This document shows positions 39,401-53,700 of a stretch of DNA of 64,000 bases, in pieces (the first letter of the stretch is position 1; the number at the start of each line of letters is the position of its first letter). Origin of the DNA: Phoronis australis (Eukaryota > Animalia > Phoronida); contig NMRA01000120.1 of assembly GCA_002633005.1 (NCBI GenBank), positions 191,056-255,055 of the forward strand. The letters are read 5' to 3'. The position numbers were made by a program, and so were the translations under genes. Under the pieces are notes generated by a model. That model saw only the letters and a program-made list of their open reading frames with translations. It ran no database searches and had not been told where the DNA came from.

Positions 39401-40686
39401 GACTGCGAATTAGTTGTGAACTCGGTAATTGTTTACAGTATGACACATATAATTTTGGTATTGTTCGATTCCTTCCAAAAATACACAGGGAATTTTCCTA
39501 CCCTGTTCTCTTAGTATTTCATAGTGAAATTTCTTCTCGCACTATTTCCCGGTACTCGGTAGTAATACCGTCATGTTGAATGGAAGGAGTCCCCTGGCAG
39601 TCAAAAACTGAACTAATCTTACGCGACTTCTGCAGATCGTCACTTTTCAAAAGTTCAAACTGACCGAGACCCGCCTATCCCCTGCCCCAGTTACGGTCCC
39701 AAGGGTTCGAATTCGATCCTATGGCGACCCCGGTACGCATCTGCTAACAAGAATCCGCGAAAAAAGCGAAGGTTGTTTTTGAGGTCCAAAATTTCGTGGA
39801 AAATGGTCTAATGGTCACAACTATAAAAAAAATTAGAAAAGGTGAAATGCTGCTACTTGTCCTCCATATTATGTCAGAAAAAGTTTAGTGGGAATCTCAG
39901 CACAGGCAAACACCATTCAGAATCGATGATGCTGTTTCATTAACAACAGGTGACGCTGTAATCTTGAGTAGAGCTAACATGGTGGTGTCAACCAGCAAAT
40001 AGTGCGAACCGAAATTCGAGGATAAAATACGGAGCACACGCGGTAGGGGAAACATTGATACATTTTTGGAGAGATAACCTTGAGAGGAATCGAACGATAC
40101 CAAAATCATGTGTGTTGGTCAATGTTGTCATATTGTAAACAATTACCGCGAACTCGTTGGAGAAGGACGGTGTAAATAATACCAGAAGAAAGAAGCAATT
40201 GCTCATGGTTTGCTGAACCCCTGGTTTGAATAAATTTATTGAGATTTTGTATTTGAATGATATTGACCGATGAAGCCTGTGAATCTACCAATAAAATAAT
40301 AAATAGCAACAATGGTAACAGTGGTGCATGCAAGTTAAGTTGAAGGACAACACATAATGCGTCTGAATTTTTCTATCGAAATAGTTCATTCAAACTATAA
40401 GATTGCATAATACTTTAACTCACCACCTAGTAATAACTATAAAAATATTGCGAATATGAGCGCTTGGCTTCCATAACACCGGATGTACTCTGATTAAAAT
40501 GAGCATTCGATAAAGAAAAATGACTTCATTTATATTCCAAATGCATTCAAATGTCAAAAAAGGTATAAAATGAAAACGCCAAAAGTGTTTTTAAAAATAG
40601 TTGCTGCAACATATACCATCAAAATCATAGACAAACATTAAAGTGCATGTAACAATCGACCTTGACCTTGCTTAAAATTTCCTGTC

Positions 40687-43600
40687 ATGGCGGCCGCCGT
40701 GCGATCGTTTGGCTGTTCTCGGGTGTTTCCAGTTATTGCTTCCCTACTTCGTTCCTCAAAAGACACCGGATGCTGTTACTTTAAGTCAGGTATATAATGA
40801 GGACACTGTTCGAATATATTTTCAAGTTATTTACAGCACACCAGTGACCATACCCAGTCAGTTGTATAAAATTAGGCACTGGTGCCAGTGCAGTGGTGGA
40901 TGTCTATTAGTATTACTATAGCTAGCGAGGACAGCATTCTTCAGCGAATCGCTTCGCGTATCTGTCACCGTGTTAAATTCGCTCACTACAATCGGCAAAA
41001 AATAACTCAAAAATGTAATAAATGTGAATAAAAATTATTGCAAACTATGAAAAAATATATTGTTTTACTTATCTGATAGTCTTTTTTGTCGCAAAATTCG
41101 TTTAATAATACTTTGCACGAGTTTTTTGCAGGGACGTGACCGATTTTTCAGACCAAAATGGATGCCGGTAAAAATGAGTGCTATTTGGTTTTCAACCCAG
41201 GAGAAGACTAAACTCGCGAATTTTTACGTGAAACTTCGTGAAAGAACAAAAGGGAGCCTTGCGAACACGATTATGTAAGTAATTTTCACTTTCCTGCACT
41301 TAAAAGTTGAAAAAGTCGCCTGTTCCCGCGACCTTCAACTTCGAGCTGAATTTATTGGTATATAGAATAATTTGCGAATGTAATGAACTGTATTCCGCAC
41401 TAAAGGGTTCATTAATGAACTATTTCAAACACTTGTTCTAAACGAACATTTCGTCAATTTCTGACAATCGGGCGAATTTCTGACTCACTTCGTAGTTCCG
41501 GGTACTGCCGCTAGGGGTGGTCCTGTGAATCGCGTTGAATGTTTGGTTTACAATACTGAAGCACTTCAACTTTTGCTGATGAAAACTCAATGTAAAAGAG
41601 AACTAAACAGTCATTTCTCGTAGTGAGAACAATGATTCTNNNNNNNNNNNNNNNNNNNNNNNNNNNNNNNNNNNNNNNNNNNNNNNNNNNNNNNNNNCTG
41701 TGTTGACTTTAAGGTCAATATCTTCGCACAGGAACGTCTAATCGAAATGGTTTTTTTGGCAAATTATTCATCATAAAAAGTTCTTTAAAATGATGTATTA
41801 CATGTCTATTTACGTTTCTTAGTTTTGAAATAATAATATTTTGAACTCACAGATTCGATTTGACAGAATTTTTACCAAAAATTTTGACATGAAAATGACA
41901 TTTTCTCCGGAACCATAAGTCCAATTTAAAAAATTTTACTATCGTTATTTTAGTCTCGAAAAGAGCTTTCTAATGATGTATATTACATGCACATTTTTTA
42001 AAATTTTTGAAAAATGCTGTCCTCCCTACTATAGCAGTCCCAGATTTTGAGAACCAGTTTCATCCACTGAATAACGGGCACGTTATTCAGTGATTCACGA
42101 TGCTCACCATACCTTTTTGAGCAGTTCAAATGAAAAACAATCAAATAAACAACATTTTCTTCCATAATTCTCTCTAAGTCTATTGTAGTGATTCCTAAAG
42201 GTGTCTTACCTTATGATATGGTGCTCCTCAGTATTCAGTGGTCGTGCATTCAATTGTTTTCAGTGGTAATTTTAGCTCTCCTCCGGTGGTGCGCCAGCCT
42301 TTTGTACCGGCCGCAGAAGGCCGCTGAATATTCATGTAGCGCCCTTATTGGCCATCACCGGCATATGGGCCGGGACGGCCAACATCGGCAGTCTCCAAGA
42401 CGAACAGCAGTCGTCTCTCGCTGCCGACAGAGGGCGCGCGCGGCAGAAGGCCAGCGCAGCAGTGAGACAGGTCAAGTGACGTCTCACTACACTATTGTCG
42501 TTTTGAAAACAGTATGCTCATGACACGGCACACGCACACTCATGCTGCTGCAAAGCTTGTTCTGAAATTTGGTTTACTCTTATTAAAATGCTAAAACTGA
42601 AAAGAAATGAAACCATTTCCGATAAAAGGTCCGCCTCTATGAACCAGAAAGTCCGAAAAAGTAAAAAAGGAGACAAAAGTCCACAAAAGAGGAACTACCA
42701 AAATTCGGCGAAAGCACAATTCATGGCAACGGACGACCTCATTTTTTTAGTTGAAGATCCACATTCTCAAAAATTCGAGCCACCCCCCCGATTTTGTAGG
42801 CTGGGTGCGTGCATGCAGAATAATATTAGAATGTCAGGTATTCTAACACTGGTGAACAATTTAGTTTTATACCCAAATAAGAGTGTAGTTTTTAATGACA
42901 CTAATTTTGTGTCAGATTTTTTTGGCTATTATTTGATGTGCAATTTGAGTGTGATTTGTATGACAATAAAATTCTTAAAGTTCAATGCATGCACCTCCAA
43001 CCCTGTTTAAGGGTTGGTGTTCAGACCAAGTCCTTTATGTAATTCAATAACTAATTTTGTATGAAATAAAAAGAATCAAAATACTTTGACTTAGTGCAGA
43101 ATTCCATTATTGGGTGACTTGAGTTTGCTCAGTCTTAGTGATGGTCGCCGTCTTTCAATATTCTAGTTAAAGGTTTTAATTTCTTTCAGTTTGTGCTCAA
43201 ACGCAATTTTCTACTTCGTGCGTACAGTTCAGTTTGACCGAACAAGCTGCAGATCCAAATTGGGAATTTTCTTCGAAGCAGCTGGAAGCCGTACTGAAAG
43301 AACAGCACGAAGACATGGTCTGTATCTCAGTCTTCAAATTTAATTACGGTTTTGTGATAGTGTTGTAAAATTTTTCTTACCAAGGTTCCAAACTCACATG
43401 TATCTTTGACATGCAAAACTTAGCTCCTCCAGATTATCACATATTTTGACATTTTTGCTAATCTTTCTTATTTGAAATAACTTAAAATAGGTCTAGAGCT
43501 CTTGTGCTTGGCTTCAGTGTTTTATTTAGATATTTGTATATAATCACACTTTGAACTCATGCATTTTCCAATTTTTGTTGATGCTAGTGCCATCTTTTAT

Positions 43601-46600
43601 TTGAAAGTTGAACATTTCTCATTCCCGTGGTGACTTTGGTTTCTATCTTTTATTGGTTTAATTTTGACTATGTGGTAGTTTCACCTGATATTGGATTCAA
43701 ATACCGTATTTGCCCTAATAAGCGTCCATGCCCCTTTAAGCGCCCCCCATACATTTCAGACTTTACTAAAATAAGCGCCCAGCCAATGAACGTGTACATG
43801 CGAAAAAATGTCTTACCTATTGTACTAAAATTCTATAGTAGCATCTTCAATTTGTCATTAAGATCCGACAGTCCTGAAAAAAATCATTGTCCGTGGAATT
43901 TATAGAGGACGAGCCTTGCCACTATTGTCGATATTTAGTCTTGACTATACACTTCAAACGTCCGCTGTGCTTCACAAAGAACACAAAAGCTTTGCTGATC
44001 TTCCGAAGAATGTGTCCCATTAAGGTCTGGCCTTTCAGAACAGACGCAGTGCACTTGTCAAAGGGACTATATTGTATTGTATCTTTCTTGTACACATCTT
44101 CTCCCTCAACAGGGATCCAAATTGTGCTTGTACAAGTGTAAACCGCGAATCAAAGACTAATGAAAACTTGACCTTTGTTAAAAGCACTTGGCCAGGAAGC
44201 GTGCGCTACATATGAGTACCTGTCATCAAAGATATTAGTCATCGGGAACTATGTATTCATGAAACGGGTAGCATAACATCAGCAAGAAATAATTATTGGC
44301 ACTAATTTCGGAAAGTTTCTAGTACCGTACCGAATGTTTGCGTTATTTTAAGAGGAATTATTGAATTGATTGTAATTGATGAGTCCAGCAAGTGCTAAAT
44401 AAAACACGTTCAGCTTTACTGTTTGTGTCAATTTCTTCAGTTACATTGCACACCTAGATCACTTCATTGCGTTTATTCTGGCAAATGAACTTTGATGACA
44501 CGCACTTGCTCGCTCTCTCACGCAGACGAACTTCAAATCAAACATCACGTGACAACAATGTGTGTTCGTCCAGAGGTTTTTCTCGTGTTGCGGGGACGTA
44601 TGATCTAGATAGTGCAGATTTGGACTGAACATGCAGTTAATTTCTAATCCACAGGAACTTAAAAATCATAGGGACGCTATTTTGAAAACTTAAGGACGAC
44701 TTCAGGTAATTTGTTGAGTCAAAACTGTGTTTTTATTCAAGTTGACCTATCGGCTATTGCGAGGCAGCGACGCATCAGTCGGCGAGTTTTCACCGTGGGA
44801 TTTCAGCATCCATGATTTTCTGAAAAATGGTCGTAATTTAACAACGAAGTTTGATAGCCACTGCAATTTTGTGGAAAATTCTGTCATAAGTTACAGATGC
44901 GTCACAGGACATAAATTTTGACGAATCCTAGCTTACGATTTCACCTGTTTTGGAGACCGAGTTTCAACCACCTTAGACTGTAATAAGCACCCCCCCTCTT
45001 GAAGCAAATTTTTTTAAAGGCCCTGGTCGCTTATTGGAGCAAATACAGCAGTGATATCTGTTATATTAACCAGTTAAGAACATCTGGCAAAAGGGTATAA
45101 CATTCATTTTCTGCAACAACAATCTAAAAATAATAGTCTATTATTAGCAAATGAAATTTCCGTACTACTCAACATCTTTCATGTCTAAATTTAGTGGAAG
45201 ATGTTTTGCTATTTAAAGAATACTGTAGTTATATCACGTCCATTTGGTGACATGCTATTGAGATTACCTTCATTACCAATGGTCGAATTTCTTAAACAAC
45301 CTTTTAAGTATCAATAGTTGTCCCATCAAATCCATTATACATTTCTTTAAAATCTTTGATCATAAAATCTTTTACCTTTCAAAAAATACATTTTTGTCAA
45401 AAATGCATGGTCACGTGACTACGAGAATGGTACAGTGTTGTGACTGACCTGATTATATTTGTATCGATTCCTAGTTTCAGAAAATATACCTTAAATGGGT
45501 CGACAGTTGATATCTACTTAATAAATAGATATTTGAAGAAGAAGACAACATTTTAATTAGGGATGCATTTAACCTGAAAGACAAGAACTGTTTCCATATG
45601 TAGGAAGCACCGCTCCAATCTTGTGGCTTTTTGGAAAGTGCCTTGAATATTTTAACTTACAGTTTAGTATATTAAAATTATCACATAATTGCTTTTGTTT
45701 TAGCCTGATCCTACCCCTTGCTAGTTTAGAACATAATATGGTACTTATCACATTATTATTATTTGTTTTAGCCTGATACTACCCTTGCTAATCCTTACCA
45801 AAAGCCACACAAGAAGTGCATTATATGCCAATACAACGTTCCTCTTGATTTCAAGGTAACACTTCTCACTTTTAGCGTTTCTATGGTACTGTTACAGTAG
45901 AATCTCACTAAGTTAGGATACAAGATGGCGGACATATGGAATTTGTTTTTTTTCTGCTTTTTCATAAAATACAAGTAGCATTTTAGAATAAATGCTTTTG
46001 TTGTCTTTATGTTCTACACAATTAGAAAATGTTTTGAGTAGTTGTTAGCGTTCACAACAGTGTTAAAAGTCTTGGAAAATAATAAGTTTTGGCAATTCTT
46101 TTTGTCCGAATTTGGTAAGATTTCACTGTGCAGTAGTGCCATATTGAATCTGTGGAGTTCAACAACATGGAGTCAAGAAAATGAAAGAACTATTTGAAAA
46201 ATAATTAAATCTCATTGGACTAAAACTGAGAATATACACACAACTGCCAGGGCTTTATCCAGGATTTCGAATATAGGGTTTCCAAAATGGGGTTCCCAAT
46301 ATTCCAGGGCGTCCATGATTCCAACGGCGCATTACCCCCACCACATCTCACCAGTAATCCCCCCGCACACTGCGCAGTTTTTACAAAAAAAATGTGTAAA
46401 CTAAGGCTTTTACATCTAAATTTACAAAAACAGCTCCCCTGGCTGTTACATGGGCTTTTTTACCAAAAACAGTGAACAGACCAAAACTTCTTACTCTAAA
46501 TTTACGAAAACAGCCAAGTAGCTTTCCAAACAAATATTACAGATATTGGTTGAACAATGAGTGTACTATGTTTTTGGTGATCTCAAGTCAAATTGCTGTT

Positions 46601-49600
46601 CTAAAGTTAATCGTATCATTTTAACTAGCTTTTATATTCTGTACAATGAGTCATCAGAGCTGCAGTTACCAACACAAGAAAAATGCACAGATGATGTGTG
46701 GTTCATATTTTGGCAACAGGTGTCACTGCTTCTCCATATTAAAACATTAAAACGCACATTGAAAGGCATGAAAAATTTTAAATGGGGATATTCTTGTGGC
46801 ACGATATGACATTTATTTTGCTTTTAGTGCTTTTAAAAAATATGTAAAACATGCAACTACAGCTCTGAAACACCAGTTTGGAGTTGACCAAGGTCCATGT
46901 CCCTATATTAAGTACTGAATTACAATTTGAGGTAAGACCACTGAAAGCAGAGACTGCAACCAAACATCTACTAATGATTAACATGTCTTCTCACATAGCA
47001 ACATTTTATATACATTGTAAATTTCTTTCCGAGTTGAATGGGCCAACCCTTGTCTCTTGAACTGAGACGATTTATATTAAATTATTGCTTAAGACTGTGA
47101 TGCACTCATAATCACTTAGTTAAACCTTTTTTGGCACTTGTGAAGTGGAAGCGTAAAACTATATTTTAGTCCCCTAAGTGTTCGCTGTCACTTTCATGAA
47201 ACGCACCCCAAGTCAGGTTATCTCCACATACGGTATTGTCAGACGAAAAAAGCATGACATTATCTTTTAATATTGGCAGTCAAAAGCAATGTCAAGCGAC
47301 AATTTCTGCTTTTGGTTACTGTGCTTGTAATCATTTCTTCCGCTTTCCTATCTTGTAAACTGTCTCTGTGTGAGCGGGCTCACAAAATGTTTATTTCCAT
47401 GTTGTTTGGCAGTTCAAGGTGAGACAGTTTTGTCACCTGGTATCTGGCCAGTTGTTATGAAAGCAAGGATGTTGTTTATCAGCAACACAAATTCTGCGCA
47501 ATGCCCGAATGTTTAAAATCATGTTTATCATTGATCTTTTATGTTATGTTTGAGAACTAAAGTACCATGCATCTTCTTTTGCTTGTTCCAGAATACCAAA
47601 TTACTAAGCCAGTTTGTGTCCCCCCACACGGGGCAGATTTACGGTGCTGAAATCACCGGTTTGTGCATACCCATGCAAAAAAGGATATCAAAACTCATAC
47701 GACGAGCGAGACGATTTGGTAGGTATCTACTGTTTGAGTTTTTCCGAACATTTCTATTACATCTGCATGTTTTTAGAGCCGAAAATGCCGCAGTTTCAGC
47801 TGGCATTTAAAACAGATTTTTAAGGCAACGTATCTCACCACAAATATGGCCCTTATGTGCTCAACCCTGTTCATAGTCAGGGGAAACTAGGTCGCAACCT
47901 CATCGCATAGATATCGGTAGATAGGTGTATCCATTGTTCACTTTGTTTTTCTTTCTTATAATAAAGATAATGGTAAGCATTTATCGGTAACTGGCTCATG
48001 TGTGCCCAAGGTACCATATACTTGGCAACAAGGGAAAACAATGGCAGCGTCCCATAGGCGATAACCATGGGACGCGCTTACGCCCATCGCATGGATCTCG
48101 CAAGTTAAACAATAGCTTGTGAAATCCATACGACGTCATGTGGCATAGGAAGCCAGTGTATGTCAAAAGTGATTCGACACAAAACAGTTTAGCCATGATG
48201 ACACTCAGTTCTCGTACCAGCAGAAAAGATTGATGGTAATATATATATAGAGGTAGCACAATTCTTATGGAATGGCTTAGCCATCTTACTTACCTTCCGT
48301 GGCTGTTAATTTCCCTTCATTCTCAGTCATCAGGGGAAACTACTCTGACGATGTATTTGGCTTTGGCCCGACTGTTGTGATGAAGAGTTTCAGGTCATTT
48401 TGTCTAAATATTTTGGCGTTAACGGTAAAATCTCCAGTTTTGGACAAAAATAATTCCCACAATCATTTTGTCTAAATATTTTGGTGTTAACGGTAAAATC
48501 TCCAGGTTTGAACAAAAATAATTCCCACAATCTATAGGTATGGCATAGATCTAATAGTTTAGCAGCTATTGGGTGTCACTTGTCTAATTAGAAAATGAAA
48601 ATATATTGCGTCCTTAATGGGTGAGATTTCACCGCAGTCATTGTCTCATGTCGGCCATCAATTGTTTATTGATGAACGGAGCAGCTGGTCCTGGTCTCTT
48701 TTTAATTATACTCACTGACAATATGAAAAGTCTTGCTTGTTTCACATCCCAAGTCTTAACTCTGTGATAACAAATTGCAGAGTTCAAATTTTGTCAGAAA
48801 ACTTTTGCCCTTATTGAATTCCATGTTTACGTACGGTTCATTGGAAATAACTATCAGACATATTTTTAATTATCTCCATTGCTGTATTTGACCCAATTGC
48901 TTTTGGACAAGATGTGCCCCTGGGAGATACAAAGTATCCCCCAGCATGCATTTCTTAATCAATTGTTTTGATGAGTTCTGCCCACCTGCCTTTTATTATC
49001 TACAGTTTTTATGAGAGAAAATTGGCATGGTTTATGAACAAAAAATGCTGATGGTATTTAAATGAAATGACTCATTACTGGCACACCCACTCTCAGCTTA
49101 ACACCTAAAACAGAATTTTCAACAATTTCCATTTTGGGTGATTATTGATTACTACCCAACTTAAGTTTTTTTTGCTTTTTCGTTATGAAAATGCACTTGG
49201 TGACAGCCAGAACAGATGCCAAACTAAAAATTGTCTTTCAGAAGTAACATTGAAATTTTAGTATTCTCAATACTCAACAGTGTTTTTGCAGTGGAGTGAC
49301 TTCAAGATGCATTGTGTTAGCTTCAACAAATGTACGGTGAATTACTGTATTCTGTAACAAATTTAAACACAATTTTAAACCCAGCCCTCTTTAGGCTTCC
49401 AAATCATAGCTGAGACAGGTCAAATGTGGAGATACGCAAAAGAAAATGATTGTCCTTAAGACTGGCTGACTCTCAAAGGGGAATGTACCTATATAAGTAT
49501 TTCCATAATACATTGATAATGTCCTCTTGTTGTTGTTCTTTCATTTGTAGAACAGAATGATGTGATATGTATAGCCAAATTGTTGAAATGAAGTGTCGTG

Positions 49601-50820
49601 TCGTTTTTTACTGTATCTCTCACATTAAAGCCGCATACAGTGCTAACGAGGTCATGTGGAAAGTGTGGAACTGATGTGTTTCACCTCAAAACATGAACAG
49701 AAACTAAAGGTGGCGCTGGGTGTGCCTTAAGATAATCTATGCTATGGGAACAAGTGTTGTGCTAAGAAACGTGTGCATGACTATATAAATGTCAAAATTA
49801 GGTCAACTGCTGAATCAATAATACTAAGTATTTATTAAACATCCCATGACCAAATGCAAGTACCTCTATTATAGTTACCGTGTGCCATGATGTTGTATTG
49901 ATACTCTTTTTAATATGCTGCTGGCTATCATCATGGTTGACATCTCATTATATGACAGACAAGTGGAAGTCGATTATTTTGTCAAATTTACAATCAACTT
50001 CAAATTAAGATAGTGAGAATGATTATACTTGATTCGTGGCATAGCTTGCTCTGCACTTTTATCGAAAATTTTACAACTTTTAGAGAACATAACCAACTGT
50101 CAGTAATTTTGAAGTCCTAAAATCACCTGCAATCTAAGTAAGGAATAATTTGAGATCGATTTCATAGCGTTAAAAAGCTGATTTTTGTGATGGAAAACGA
50201 GTTCGTTGCCACACATAAAACCTGCCTTTGAAAAATTCCAATAGTAGCAATTGTTCCTGTGTGAAATTGAAGATAGATTACTGTTTCAACTTGGCTTGTT
50301 GCACACAATTCACTCACAATGATTGTTATTTGACTGACAGTTATAACTGGCAAGTCTTTATTTTACATTCTACAACCATAGAAAATTGGCACTGATTCCA
50401 CACTCTAATTTAAAGCAGACACAGTTAAAATGTAATGATTTGCCCCAGACTACCTAGTGATTAAACTCTCACTTATCCTCTGGATTTAACGAGCATTTGT
50501 TTTCGTATTTTTGTTCTGAAACATTCTTCATGTGCCAAAAGAATCTTCAGTAGTGAAGCACAGACTACTACGCATTACCGTATTGGTTTTACTCATTGTT
50601 ATGTAAACTAGAGTCTCTGCTTGAGGCCAGTGCACTGTCATTAATGCACCATTTATCGTTACTAGTATATTATTTTACAATTAGATTAGTACTGAAATGA
50701 AACATATTGCTTTATCCATTTTCTGTTTCATTTGTTTTTACAGGTTTTATGCCATATTTGAACAAAGAAAAGAACTATTTAGCTGATCCAAAACTGTTCA
50801 ACCCCTTCAAGCGGCGATAG
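40687..50820 (+). CDS. MRPS18C: 28S mitochondrial ribosomal protein S18c (bS18m)
   Basis: Exons 40687-40789 (MAAAVRSFG..), 43190-43317, 45772-45855 ([17 protein letters not shown]), 47592-47718 ([40 protein letters not shown]) and 50744-50820 ([19 protein letters not shown]). Phases are consistent and the CxxC plus GLC zinc ligands are present. Confidence 0.92.
41640..41697. other. Assembly gap (N run)
   Basis: Run of N bases. Confidence 1.
43702..45050. mobile_element. Tc1/mariner-pogo-like non-autonomous element
   Basis: TA-CCGTATTTGCCCTAATAAGCG at the left end and CGCTTATTGGAGCAAATACAG at the right end, with internal taagcgccc subrepeats. Confidence 0.7.
48395..48531. repeat. Tandem duplication of ~68 bp
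   Basis: tcattttgtctaaatattttgg.gttaacggtaaaatctccag..aaaaataattcccacaa occurs twice. Confidence 0.85.
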
Positions 50821-51499
50821 CACCTTGTCTCGATGACAGGCTGATCACGATGGTGGTGTTACTTGGATTTTACAAGGATTGGATATTTGCTAATGTAGCC
50901 TTATTTATTTCTTAAATGCACATCTAAAGTAGATATCAGTCTGTGTTTCATTCGAGAAACGAACTTTTGATTCAGTGATGTCCAGTTTTCAACATGAGGA
51001 GGAGTATCTAAATGTGTGTTTGCAAAGAACTGGCAGTTCATTAGTCACTGAGACCATGCTCAGGACATAAAAGAACACGCCGTGACAAGAGAACTTGTAG
51101 AGCCTGATCTCGACCAGTAAAAACTTGTCAGTTCTTCTGAAACCCTGAAATCATCTCCAGTTTGACTGAGGAACAATTTGAGACCAATTTCGTAAGGGTA
51201 AGTGGTCGACATCAAAACTTGGTTTTTGTGATGGGAGGAGGTTTGTACCTGCTTTAAAATGCAACTAATTGAAGTCCTATTTTTTAGTGAATCTAAATAC
51301 ACCTTGGACCTTTCCATGCTATCCTCTATAATTTGTTTTCCCAAGCAGTTTACTTGGGCCATTGAGAGGTAGCAAAGAGGTTAGGTAAATATATTTCAGT
51401 TTTGTCAAGATTAAGGTTTTTGTCAATCACTGTGATTTTTTGATTTCTTCTTATCAAAAAACCACTTGATGTTGTAGCAATGAAAATTCCAAAACCATT

Positions 51500-52345
51500 T
51501 TCATGCGCTCACTGGTTTATATGTGGGTGCATGATGGCGCCGTCCCTGTCTGTCCCCGTGTTCTCTGCTGTATCACCAAAACCTCTGCATGTATGTTCAT
51601 GAAATTTTGCAGATTTTTCTTTTTCATGGATGAGATGGCGTGAGCAAACTTTTTGGATGGATGCGACCACCGGTGTGACCCCTAGTGACAACTTTAGTTT
51701 TTTACTTTTGCCTCTGTATCTTCAGAGTTCCTTAATGGGGTTTCTTGAAATTTAGCTTATAGGTAATGGGAGATGATGCCAAGTCTCCGTCTGTCTTCCG
51801 GATGGATTTGGCGTATTTTGCGTCACCTAGTGGCCATTTTTACTGTTTATGGGTCTTTGCTGTCCACCCCTGCATCGCCCAAACCACTAATAAAGATGAT
51901 TAAGAAAATTGTCACATGTTTCAACTGGGAAGAGAACAGCTGGTGGTGATTTACCAACGCTTCCTACCAATGCTGCACCTCTTAGCTGCAAGGTGTTTTG
52001 GTCCATGGATGTATCTCCAAAACCCTCTGCAGGATCTTTGTTAAATTTGGCAAGTTTTTTTGTGAAGATGACACGAGATGACGACAACTTTCGGACCACT
52101 GTGACTATCGCTGCTGCATGTGTGGCAATTTTATTTTTCCATTGAGACATAATTTTATGAAATTTGGCTTATAGGCTCTGTTAAAGAGACAAAAACATTT
52201 TCCTGTTTTCACATGGGTATGATGTAGTGCACGCCGCCTAGTGGTTATTTTCAAAAATCCCTGTTAGTATATATCTATGTGTATATCTATGTGTATATCT
52301 ATGTGTATATCAAGTTGTCTCGAATTTCCTGGTGAGCTCACATGC
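51500..52345 (-). mobile_element. Diverged copy of the CCACTAG-subrepeat Helentron-like element
   Basis: Terminal hairpin atgcgctcac..gtgggtgcat, then cctgtctgtcc, and cctagtg motifs near 51680, 51826 and 52237. Confidence 0.65.
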
Positions 52346-53399
52346 CTGAATTGTTTTTGTTTTCTGTTTTTTGATAATTAGCAAAAACCAAATAGTACTC
52401 TTAGATCTTATAGTAGTTTATGTTGAAGATGAATGCAGTCGCTCCTTGTACTATGTTTTTTTTTGGGTAACCATATCATTTTTACAACAAAATATGAATC
52501 TGATCCTCAAAATATTGTATTTTCTCTGTTTTATTAAGGTGGAACTCGTTTGGTTTTTATTAGTTATTAGTGTGATTGTTGCTGCATTTCGTTCCATTAA
52601 GCTGGCTAAAAATGCAAAAATTGAATTCAGCCATCGTCTCTTCAGGTGTATTCTTTAAAGTGATAGGATTCTGTTTTTGGTACTTACAAGAACATTGAAT
52701 CCACCAATTACTCAAGGAATTGCTTCATAGTTTATAGGGGTTGTCCAACCCTAAAATAGCAGACTTGACAATGGCGCATGTATACTTGTGACCAAAGTTA
52801 CCGGCGATTCAGTAAGAATTCAGGATGGGATGATTGAGCTAATGATGTTAAACCCCAAAGCTCTTCTGTTAAGAATATAACATTGACAGCTAAATGCAGC
52901 GACGTGCAGCTTTAGGAAGGGAGTTCTAGAACAGATATGTTTAGTTTAGTAGACAGTCAACTATTGGCGAGTGTTATCCTTAGTGAAGGTTGTATTGGCT
53001 ACCTCAAACAAATTTCTAGTAGGCTACATCTGAGTCCTAGTGGTCGGTGATGTCTCCCTTTATATTGGCTTCGTATACTTGCTGTCATTGGTAATCCATC
53101 ATCCACTTCCCTAATAAATAATCGAAGAATGCTTTGTTGCGCTATCCTGGCTACTGCATGCAAAACTCTCCAGTTGGACAAAGAAAATTTGTTTTCGACA
53201 TACTCACGTTTGTATAATTATTGAACAAAATGGATCTCGAAATTTTATCAAAAAGCGCTTCATACTGTCACTTTTAACTTACGATAAAGTGGTCGATAGG
53301 ACTGATTGTTTGGGGGTTCATAAATTTTGTGGGGTCGAGTGGGCTGCAGCTGGTATGTGAGTTGGATAATTGAGCCAACTGTACATTAGTGCCCTGCCT

Positions 53400-53700
53400 C
53401 ATAGTCAAAAGGGCGCGAAAATATTCACCGAGGGGATGGGAGGGTTGAGGTGTTGTGTTTGGCAGAGATTGTGTTGACGGAGGGGGTCGAAGATTGTGGG
53501 GACGGGAAGGTTGAAATTGCGGCCAACGGGGAGGAGGGTGAAAGCTTGGTGAAGACAGTCAGAAGCTGTTCTTCTCTTCAAGACACTCCGGATCGTCATT
53601 AAATTCTCCACGAACCCCGTAAGCACCTGTCCTATGCGGCACACTTCGAATTATAACGATTTACACCGTTAAGGAGAATGTCGGCGTTCCCGACTAGTGA
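53400..53700 (-). mobile_element. Penelope-like GIY-YIG remnant
   Basis: Minus-strand translation CRIGQ...LPVGRNFNLP resembles the YIGQT...LPVARHFNLPGH segment of Penelope endonucleases. Confidence 0.5.

Noticed and set aside
39690-39735. GGTTCGAATTC, a Pol III B-box-like motif (vault RNA or tRNA?)
   Set aside because: No convincing A box, cloverleaf or terminal stem, and no reason to expect a vault RNA linked to MVP.
42188-43010. ORFs of 111 and 140 aa in MRPS18C intron 1
   Set aside because: No recognisable domain. The sequence looks like the interior of a repeat next to an assembly gap.
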